A stretch of DNA of 58,548 nucleotides, filler included, from Platydemus manokwari (Eukaryota), in NCBI GenBank assembly GCA_037951405.1. It is 4 parts of 4 records of this genome, joined end to end, with 100 filler letters (N's around TTAATTAATTAA, not from the genome) between each part and the next. Parts side by side here need not be neighbours in the genome. Positions count along the whole stretch, not along the records: positions 22,772 to 32,342 come from JBBMOY011230987.1; positions 32,443 to 46,085 come from JBBMOY011659181.1; 2 more parts are not named here. One strand, given 5' to 3'. Below the pieces are notes generated by a model. The model made no database searches. It saw only the letters and a list, made by a program, of their open reading frames with translations, and was not told where the DNA came from. The position numbers were made by a program, and so were the translations under genes. Below are positions 27,076 to 37,411 of the stretch, one piece after another; the stretch's first letter is position 1, and each line of letters begins with the position of its first letter.

Positions 27076-29195
27076 ACCGGTTCTATTCTTTAATAATCCT
27101 ATTTTATTTATAAGATTATTTTTTATTTTTAAAGAATTCATTTAATTCGCTTGTCCGGAATGATAAAAAAATAAAAAGAATAAAAATATAATTGGCAATA
27201 ACAAACTAATTTTATACACTTAAAATATGCATGCAAAATAATTTCTTTTTCTCAAAACCCAACATTTTGTTGTTCTAATATTTAAATGTATATGGATGTT
27301 TTAGTTTAGCAAGACCAAAATTGATAATAATATGCAGAATTTTAACAGTGCAGAAGCCAGAAGATAAATCCGAGCAAGTAGTTTCAATATGAAGATCGAG
27401 ATTGTTTTTCTAATTTAAGTAGTCTATTGGACTTTCGCTTAAAATGGGACTCACAACTCATTATGATGCTTTCCAAGGGCACAAATTCTTCAGAATGACT
27501 TTTAATATTTTGGTGGGTTGTGGGTGATGTTTAAATGGTGTTCAGTCAACTCAACAGTGTGAGTTCCCTTGTTATTTATTTTATCAAATCAAAATACATC
27601 CAATTTCTTTATAAAGTTTATTTAAAAACCGATTAAAACAAATCACAATTAAATCAAACAAATTAACTCAAGCCAAAAATTTAATAAACAAATGGGTGAG
27701 TACTCAACGATAAGCCTTACTATTAAAATATAGAGTTTATGATATTACTTCGAAGCGAGATCCTTCAGAGTACAACATAAAATTTTTGGATATTTTAAAT
27801 AAACTATATTAACAATATTTAATTTTGTACCACAATATTATTTCCTCAACAAATTGCTCAGCTTCTACACTTCGGTGATTCACTATGGTTCTTGATTACC
27901 AAAATTTTTAAAAGTGAATTGTGATGGAAATCCATCAGTGTATTTAGATGCTGAGATTCGGTACTTTGTACCTAGGATTTTCCATCACTTTTGTAAATTT
28001 TTAAACATTATATTACCTTAGACCATAATTGTTTATATTTTTAAAAGTTCTTAGTCTTAAAATTTTTATTAAATTGTCTGACCTTATAAATTTTATTATC
28101 AAATAATTAACCTTAGAAATTAAATATTACTTTTCTTTTTCACTCTCCATCTTATTTCGTATCTGATTTATAAATAATTTTAAGTGAATTATAAATAATA
28201 ATATATATTTTATGCATACCTTATTTCAATAATTTATGTTATTTTTATACCATGCTTTAATATCCTTAATATTTTTAGGTATCATAAAAATAATTAAAAT
28301 TATTACATAATATAATTACATATCATAATACTGTAAGTTCTGTACAAATCAAAATTGAAAGATGCAAAGTTAAAAAGAATCGAAATCTTGATCAAATTAT
28401 TTAAAAGTCAAACTATCATAAAAGTCATTATTAAAAATTGTCTGGATTGGATTGTTGCATTTTCGAATGAATTGGATTGTCAAATAAATTCCGAATTCGA
28501 CATCAGGCTTCTAAATATACACTCCAGTTTTGGGTGGCCCAAGTTTCCCACTTTGGGTTCGGGTTTATAGGTTTAATGAAAATTGGTGTAGCTGGTTTTT
28601 GTTGTTTTATTGAGGGTGTTCTTGGCTTTTTAAACACAGATTCTATGGACTCTTTAGGTGGCTTGATCATGGGTTTCTGAGGTTGTTGTTGTTGTTTTTT
28701 CCTCCATTAAATATAAGAGCTAATAGTGAATGTGGTTTTTCCTCCTCGCTCTCCTCACTGTCTGAGTACAGCACTAATTGTTCTATGTTGCTTTCCCAAC
28801 AATTTTTTAAAAACAACGAGCAACAAAGAAATTACAATTAAAAGTAATTTTCCTAGATGTAACAATTTCTGCAATCCAATCGAGACCAAAATTGTCTCGT
28901 TTAACCGAACAAATGACATTTAGTATTTGATGTATAATGTAACAATTAGTTATTTGAAAATTGATGTATAGTGTAATAATTTATTATTTATTGGTGTATA
29001 TTGTAACAGTTTTTATGAACTGTAAAGGGAAAAATGTATCAATTTGGCTTGATTATTCAAGAATTATTTTTTATTGTCAAGCTTGATAAATTAACCATTG
29101 TATTTTATTTTATTTTTCAATTAAAAACTGTTAATCAAGCTTTTGGATAATTGGGTTGAAAAGAATAATAATAATTATAATAATAACATTTACAC

Positions 29196-30812
29196 TGTCA
29201 AATAATAATAATAATATTAATAATAATCATATACCTTAAGGAATTTTAGACGATAAATTTGAATATATTATATTATTTATATTACCAAACGATCAGTGAA
29301 TTTTTATCTTTTAAAATAAATGATGAATCCTGGGGGATAGAATAAAATTGTATCCAATTTCTCCAATAATGCATAACGATTAAATTCGTCTCCCGAAACT
29401 TATAAATAGGGGGTAAAACCTCATAACTTTCGCCTTGTTTGAAACCACTAAGAAGATTTTGTGAAGCCCAAACTTCGAGAAAACATTGCGTGAAGTCAAC
29501 TACGATTCATATTTGCCAGAAACGTTTTCCTTGATCGATCATTCAGTAGTATATGCCAATCAACGTAAGTCCTACCTTATATAAAACTGATCGTTACTAT
29601 AGATTTCATGAATATCTCTTATTATAGAGTTGTCTCATCCTTGAAGGTGGTTTTGCTGCAAGAGCGTGCAGTTTATTAATCGTGACTTATCCTGAAGCTT
29701 GATAGGGATTTTCGTATAATTGTATTTTTATTAAACTATTTTACTATTGTAATAATTTATAATTGGTGTCCGTTGTAATTTTGTCAATAAACATTTTATA
29801 AAAACAAAGGTTTGTTATTAATTTGATTTGAGACTGATAGCTTCTAAAACCATTATTGTTTTACCAAAATTTATTGATCATTGTTGCCTTTTGATATTGT
29901 CATCACACAATATTAAACGCGATGTGAAGAAAGAAATAAATAGGTTCAATAGATCGTACCTCGGGCTTGATCAGGACCACGAGTGACTGATTTAGACAAC
30001 AATGATCAACAATAAACTAATTTTTGAGACTGCTAAGATTATAACATTAAAAAAGCAAGACCCAAAACGCATCATATCGACAATCTTTAGGAGAATTTTT
30101 ATCTTTAAAAATTAATGTTAAATCCTTTGAGAATTAAGATAAATGTATCCATTTTTCCATAAAAGCGTGACGAATAAAACCCAACTCTCAAGTCGTATAA
30201 ATAGGAGGTTAAAACCTCACAATCTCGCCCTATTTTTTAAACCACTAGCCTACCTGTAGTCAAATTCGAATCATATTTGCCAAAAGTATCATGTCAAGCA
30301 GTTAGTGAGTTCTATCATTATTTAACAAACTGATTGTTACTTTAAAATCCTTGAATATCTCTTACTATAGAGCTGTCTCACATCCCTAAAGGTGGTTTTG
30401 CTCCAAGAGAAGAAGTCTATCAACCGTGTCTTTATCCAGAAATTTGATACGAATTTTCGTATAAACTATATTATTATTTAAACATTTCATTCATCATTAT
30501 TTTAGTAATTTATATTTGGTGTTCAATTGTACTTGTCGTGTCAATATATTTTTTGTAAAACCCAAAGTTGTTTGTTATTGATTAAATAGAGACCGAGAGC
30601 TTCAAAATCATTAGATCATTGCTGCTGTTTGATTTTGTCATCATACAGTATTGAATGAAAGGCGAAAATAGAAACAATAAGTTCAATAGATCGTATCTTG
30701 GGCTTGATCAGAACTCTACTGAGACTGATTAAGACGACAGTGATCTACAACGAGTTAAAATCTGAGATTGATAATAATAAAAGAAACATAGTTGCAAGCC
30801 CGAAACGCATCA
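29196..30812 (+). repeat. Two tandem diverged direct repeats (LTR-like, ~880 and ~720 nt)
   Basis: 29300-30074 aligns with about 30096-30812 (for example TATAAATAGG(G/A)GG..AAAACCTCA, GGTGGTTTTGCT, GTTCAATAGATCGTA, GGGCTTGATCAG, AAACGCATCA). The first copy begins TGTCA at 29196, both end in CA, and the second is followed by AC-TGG (PBS-like). Confidence 0.8.
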
Positions 30813-32342
30813 ACTGGACCAAATAAAGAGAACTAGAGTGTTTTGAAGCAACAATAAATTTGAATGAACACCGATATAAAATAAATTAAGTAGGAAAAAT
30901 CATCACGCAAAATGTTAACATAAAAAACACTATTGATATACATTTTGAAGTTTGAAAATTTAGATAATAATCATCAACTGGTGTCTGAGTGAAGAGAAAT
31001 TTGTGTTTTAAAATTATTAAAAGTTGAACGAGTAAAATTTAAAATAGTTAACAACATTGTTAACCTGAGAAAGGATAAATTTAATTGAAAAAGTTATTAA
31101 AGTTTAAAAATTGACTGGTGCTTGAGCGAGAAATAAGTAGTAATAGTTGACAAATCCGAGTTAAAAATCGATAAATAGGTGCTTGAAAAAAGGAATATTG
31201 AAATCGAAATAATTGCGAATTTAAAAATTCATAGGTTAAAGTTACAGATAGGTAAATTTGTGAAATTGGAAATTATTAGAGTTCGCCTAGATGAAGTGAA
31301 AGAAATAGAATTGAGCTAAGGAGCTATTGATAAATTTAATTTGAGCCAAAGAGCTATCGATAAAGTTAATTTGAGCCAAGGAGCTATTAATAAAGTCAAT
31401 TTGAGCCAAGGAGCATTTGATAAAATTGAGTTGAGCCAAGGAGCTATTATTGATAAATTGAAATTAAACCAGAGAGTTTTTGATAAGTTTAATTAATCTG
31501 ATAATTAAAGCGCGTTTTTATTGCGTGAACCGGAGAGCTAGTTTAGAGACGCATTATAAGTAACTTCGGTATTTAAAAAGAAGAAAAACAGATTAAGGTT
31601 TTTAAACTTTATAGCAACAAAGTTAACAATTTGAGAGGTCCACACCCTACTCTAAGTGACATTAATTAGTAAAGAGATTGATAAACTTAATAAGTCTGTT
31701 CGTAATAAGCATTGATTGTTCCACGAAAAGTGTTGAATTTACCCCACGAAGTGTTGATTAAATATCTGCGAAAAAGATTTAATATATACTTAGGTAGTTT
31801 GATATTAATTGAATCTTGATTTCACATTGAAAGAGGCTCGAAAATTTGACGGTTAGCGTGAACATAAAGCAAAATCTTGTTTGTTCAATAGGATCTTTAA
31901 GCGCTATTGATAAATTGATAAATTGACGCATTGAGCGATATTGATAAATTGACGCGATAGGCGATAAAATTGATAATTTAAAATCCGCATTAAGCGCATA
32001 TGAATAAATGAAATTTGATATTAAACAAATCCGATAGACAGTTACGCAGTTCAAGCAAAAGCATTTTATTAGAAAATTTTTAATATAGTGAATAAAATTT
32101 TAAGCAAAAAGAGAAACCTTTCTGAAGCTGAAAATTTTAGCGGGAATTCCAGCAGTTGAGAAAATACAACAATTAGTTAAGTATGGGAATTTCGAAAAAA
32201 CTAAGGAGTTAATAAGAGAAATGCAATTACAAGATAGAGAAATGAGAAAATTAAATGAACAAGAAGAATTAGCATTAAAAGATTGTGGAAAAATAATTAG
32301 GATAAATACTGAATTGCAAAAGCCGTTTAAATTGAGCATTTG
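30813..32342 (+). mobile_element. Decayed internal region of an LTR retrotransposon (repeat-containing ORF, then gag-like ORF), cut by the gap
   Basis: Follows the LTR-like repeat. Contains a gag-like LDFTLKEARKFDG (~31815-31853) and a helical/coiled-coil segment (LKLKILAGIPAVEKIQQLVKYGNFEKTKELIREMQLQDREMRKLNEQEE). Multiple stops. Confidence 0.55.
31311..31495 (+). repeat. 30-nt tandem repeat (~6 copies) encoding LSQGAIDKVN-type decapeptides
   Basis: TTGAGCCAAGGAGCTATTGATAAAGTTAAT-like units at 31311, 31341, 31371, 31401 and 31431, plus a degenerate sixth. Confidence 0.9.
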
Positions 32343-32442
32343 NNNNNNNNNNNNNNNNNNNNNNNNNNNNNNNNNNNNNNNNNNNNTTAATTAATTAANN
32401 NNNNNNNNNNNNNNNNNNNNNNNNNNNNNNNNNNNNNNNNNN
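32343..32442. other. Assembly gap with TTAATTAATTAA spacer
   Basis: N-run with a central stop-codon spacer. Confidence 0.98.
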
Positions 32443-32543
32443 TTGAAGGATATTTTTATTTTGATCGATATTGGCGTGCACAAAACTGTTTTGTGGAGTT
32501 ATCTGTTATTTGTTATCGCAATGTACTAGATCGTGGAGCTTGA
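32443..32543 (+). CDS. 3' terminal exon fragment of a C-type lectin paralogue (5' part lost in the gap)
   Basis: Encodes EGYFYFDRYWRAQNCFVELSVICYRNVLDRGA*. 32443-32519 is identical to 44843-44919, and the tail and 3' UTR (to ~32680) resemble 45450-45600. Confidence 0.75.
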
Positions 32544-32929
32544 TATTTGAAATTGCTATATTGAAAAGTTAAACAATAAAACTGAGACAAATTGTTCGAT
32601 TATTATTTGCAACTTTTTAATTTTAAAATTATTTAAAATTTTTCTAATTTTGCAATAAATATACAAACAAAAAATTTCATTGTCTAGTCATATATGTTAA
32701 ATGGGTACGTTTAGATCTGGAGTTAGAAGATGCATTAAATTACCAATAAGCGATTTAGGGAGATGATAAAAATCACACAGGAGTTCTGAATATTCTACAT
32801 AATATCTAACTAATATCATAGTAGTTTTTAATGATTAGTCGTTCTTTGCTCATTGTTATGCATAAAAATTTAAAATAAAATTTTAATTTAATAAAATAAA
32901 TAATCATATTTATAAAGAACAGTTAAAAT

Positions 32930-33282
32930 TATCGAAATGTTTCGAGAGAAATGAGTGCCTTAAATTTATGTAAATATAAAGATTTTTTGAGAATAATCAC
33001 TGTGCTCGTCTGGCAACTGAAATTCTTAATCAAATTAAGGCAACGTTTTTAAATATACATGACAGAATGTGTAAATCCTGAATGAGTGTATGTTTGTAAT
33101 GCTTGGTACTGCTATAGAAACAACCCATTGAATTAATACCAGAATGCGTCTAATTTTTTATATATGGGCAAAGTAACATATTTAATTGTGATGAAACGGC
33201 GTTATTTATAAAAAATCGTCCATCTAGACCTTCTTTCAAAAATGCGTGGATGACAACAGAAATATTTAAAACATGGCTGACC
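32930..33282 (+). mobile_element. pogo/Tigger-family (DDE_1) transposase remnant, internally deleted
   Basis: Reads YGQSNIFNCDETALFIKNRPSRPSFKNAWMTTEIFKTWLT. The IFNCDETAL and NAWMT..IF..WL motifs are typical of Tigger/pogo but are normally much further apart. Confidence 0.75.
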
Positions 33283-33594
33283 GTCCACCTACATTAATAA
33301 ATTTAATTTATTTTCGCTCACATTATTAATTTGATTTTCTTTTTCGCCCACATTTTAAAATTCTGATTTCGCCACAAATACATCCACATTTAAATTAATT
33401 AATTTACGACTTCGTTTTTAATATATATTAACAATTTTATTATTATTATTTTATTTTTATCATTATTCCGTTATCAAATAAATTATTATTATTTTCCATT
33501 GATTTAAAACTTTTACTATTATTTTGTCCTGTTTTACCAAAAAATATGATAATTGTATAAATAAAATAATTTTTGCGAATTAGTAAATTTTTAT

Positions 33595-36500
33595 GTTTTG
33601 GAACCAAAAACATTTTTTACAATTTTTTACATCACTTTTTTTATAAAAAATCAAAATATTTACAAATAATTCAAGACTAAAATCACTAAAGAGTTAATAT
33701 TTATCAATAAATCAAGAGTTAAGATTAAAGATCAAATAATTAAAGATTTAAATCAATTGTCTTCATTAATGTCCAGTTCCCATCTCTGCAGGCTTTGATA
33801 CGATGATTGGGATTGTTGGGATTTTTTCTTATTTTTAAGTAGGCTGAAACCAAGAATTGAGTTTATTCCATTAATGGCTGTTGAGAAGATATTGATGGAT
33901 ATTGAGATTGAGTTGATGATCTGGCTCTTTAACACATCAGGAGTTAAAATATAAAAATATGCGTAAATAAAGATATTTCATATTACATTTTCGTCAAACT
34001 CAGTTGAACTCCCAAGCATAAATTCTGTAAAAATACCGTGAGATCAGAAAATAAGGATCATAAATAGATAAGAATTCACAAAACGTAAAGACAAGGTTAC
34101 AAATAATGACAATAATTTTTATTCCAGAATATCGACTCTTTCTATATGCCTTCGTATGACTTCCTTAAGTTCGTGTCTATTGATTTTAAGTATTTTCCGT
34201 TTCTTTGATGATCTGGTCGTGATGGCTTGGTTCATTTAGTCAAAACCCATACATATTAATTCTTCGCCTAAACATTATTTCAAAAGGAGAATGTTGAATT
34301 GAACTCGGATATGTTGCATTGATGATGAATTCTATCCGCGGTATTAATTTATTTCAAGCCTGTTTCTCTGATGCCATCGTTGTTACCACCATGCCTCGGA
34401 CCGTCATAATAATTCTTTTGGTTAAGCCATTTGCCTGATGTTGGTATGGGTAGGTAAATTCTTGTTTTATTCTTTCATTTCCCTTCCTTTGAAGTCTCTA
34501 ACCCGATTAGTGAGCATTGACTTTGGGACACCATATCTATAGTTCCATTTATAGATGAGGACTTGGAAATACTTGTTTCGTCTTGTCAAATAAGTAGCAC
34601 CAAACTTACTAACTTACTGAATCTATCTACAATAACCAACAAATATCTGGTTTTAGTCATAAATTCCCCAAAGTGTGCAACATCAACAACGATCTGTTTC
34701 AAAGGCTCAAACTCTTATCTGGCAATCATAATCTCTTTAGTTCGTCCATTGTATACCTTCCGTTTAGCACAAATATCACATTGTCGTATTTCATGTTCGA
34801 TGCTTCGTAACATATTTGGCCAGAAGTAAAATTTTTGAATGTAATTGACCAAGGTATCTCGTAAGTTTCTGCGAATAGACCTCTGGTAAAACTATTCATT
34901 TCTTTCCATTCTCGGTATACATCGCCATATCTTCAAACAATTCATATTTCTCTAAACTGTTAAAATATTTGCTTTTCTTTACTGCTGAATTGACTTCTGC
35001 TTCTGTTTTCCCTGACCATTTTCGAATGGAACCCTCGACAGTATCTTCTTACTGAACCTTTCTTAGTTCGTCCTAATTTGCAATTGAATTCTCGACAACA
35101 TTAATAAATCGAGCTTTTGTCTTACCTTCTTTAGCTCCCTGGTGCTGAGTTAAGCATTGTGAACAAAATGCTTCGCCTATCCTTGAGGGTCCATCTGTAT
35201 TTCAATGATCTGATCCTTTCCGATATTGCAGTTCGAAATTGAATCCGGTTAAGTTTGCAAACCATGTTTGAAACTGAGGGCTTTTCGGTTTGTTAGTTTC
35301 CTTCATGTATGTCAAGGCTTTGTGATCATTGCGAGCCACAAATTTCTTTCCCAACAATTAAGTTTAAAATGCATAGTAAACTCGTGGATTACCAAAAGCT
35401 CTTTCCTCGTGACGCAATAACCTTTTTCATAGCTGTTAAGAGTTCTAGAACCATAGGCCACTACTCTCTCTTTTCCATTGCCATCCAGATGGCTTAGAAC
35501 GCCTCCAATCGCTCCGAAACTAGCGTTGGTGTCTAAAATTATCTCTTTGTTTGGATCTGGAAAGGCCAAAATCAAGTCTGTGCATAATTGTTCTTTAAGG
35601 TTTCCATAACTTTCCTTACACTCTGTACTCTATTCCAAATTCTTGTCACTTCCAGTCATCATCGCATATAACAGAGCCGTAATCAATGCGTAATCTTTGA
35701 TAAATCTTCTGTAATAATTACACAATCATAGGAACGACCTCAACTGAGTGATGCAACCAGGTTTAATTGCTTCCTTAATTTTCTTTACTTTGTCGTCATT
35801 AGTTTCTATACCTTCTGCACTGACCATATGGCCCAGGAAATTTAATTTTCTAGTGCCAAAAGTGCATTTCTCGGGATTGATTTTCAAAGCTGATGATTTA
35901 ATCAACCTGAATACCTTTTTAAGTTTCTCATTGTGTTCCTCTACCGTTCTTCTATACACTAAAATATCGTCCAGATAAACTAGAACGCCTTTGTAAATCA
36001 AGTATAGTATTCAAATATAGTATTCAGTAGACTCTGAAACGTTGCTTGCGCGGTAATCCAAAAGGTTAAAACAGAAATCTGCGGCTCTCCAATGCGCCTC
36101 CAATTCCTCTCATTCATTACCGCTATCGATACACCAGAATCTCATAACATTTAAATATATGTACCGTTCCACTAAATTTTACTCCACTGTCTACCATCTG
36201 CTTTCTGATACACCTGTAAATGCTATTTCTTCCTTTTACCGTCTTTCTTCTTTACTTCTATTCTATCTCTAGCTGATATATGTCCTATTGACTCAACCTC
36301 ACTTACGAGATAGGCACAGGAGGTTGATTCCAGTTTTTTTCTCTTTCATGGAAAGTGACGCAACACAATCACTTGCATCACTTTCGGTTTGAATATCGAC
36401 TTCATCTTCTTAGTCGTGGAAGCACAATATTTTCCTCAGATTATTGTAACTAGGCTTTCTGACTAAATGACATTCTCTAAACGAATGTCCTTCTTTACCC

Positions 36501-37411
36501 CATATCAAACATTTATTCCACTGTGGACATTCAAACTTCCGCTATCTAAGCTTACCACAGGAAAAACAATCTCCTGGTTTTAAATAATCCTCTATAATCG
36601 TTGTAAAATTTAGAAGTAATAGCTTTCATTGATCTTGTTCATTTATCATTGTTTGGATATTCAATGCGATTAACTGGTGTACGATGATATTGATTTACAC
36701 CAAAATCTCTTTCCTGCACGATCGGACTTGGTTTTATGAACTAAGTCTACTTCTAAAATGTCTTTCTTGAGTCACTTTGAAATACCGACTGAGTATATGT
36801 TGGTGTTTATGGGCTTCATCGGAATAAACTTCTCAAAATTGACAGCTAGCTGTTTTCTTTCGTCGGACATTTCAGGATCGAGAGTAAAAGACTTTCAATT
36901 TCTTGCTATTTAGACTTGCAGAATAAATAGTCTTGAAATTTTTTCCAGGTTGTTTTTCTTATCAAACAAATTTGAAACTAGCTTCTTTACCCGAAGTTCA
37001 AAATTGCGATATTTTCCGTCTGGTCATTGTTGCATTGCTGCCAAATCCTGAACCTTGTCATAAACTGTTTTGGCATGGGAAAATGTTTACAAAAACCATT
37101 TCTCAATTTCTTCATTTGAAACAGCCTCTATGAAACTGTTGAATTCTTGCCACATTTGTTTGACGTCATCTCTTAACAGTATGTCAAATGCAAAGGATAC
37201 TTTCATTTGATTAAATGTCGCGAAATCTTTGGTTCTTTGGAACCATCTCTCAGCATCTTGGATTGATGAATCGAAGAATGACAGTTGAGGAATTAATAAC
37301 TCCTGAGGTTTTTGTGGCAGATTTGCAAAAAATTTCTGCCTCTTCTCGTTCACCTATAGTCAGAGAGTTTATTTCGGCGTGGTTTCTAGTAAAAACATAA
37401 GTTGTTTCCAT
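33595..37411 (-). mobile_element. Degenerate Ty3/Gypsy LTR retrotransposon, copy 2 (gag, RT C-terminal half, RNaseH, integrase, probable 3' LTR)
   Basis: RT YLDDILVY...KCTFG...FLGH...QLRSFL (35726-36001). RNaseH ILAFPDPNKEIILDTNASFGAIGGVLS...VVAYGSRTL...YCVTRKELL (35312-35575). gag DAERWFQRTKDF (37087-37353) and two decayed CCHC knuckles (~36470-36570). Integrase at 34240-34830. The order gag-RT-RH-IN is Gypsy. A putative LTR starts TGTAAT at 33987; its far end is approximate. Confidence 0.9.

Noticed and set aside
4960-31330. TAA/TAG at positions where Gln is expected in decayed ORFs (LRR, decapeptide repeat), suggesting a ciliate-like genetic code
   Set aside because: Intact genes end in TAA (KLF, CTL, FTL, CCNQ), TAG (ING) and TGA (eIF3c, PP1) and have no internal stops. 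The pattern is better explained by C-to-T decay in dead sequence.
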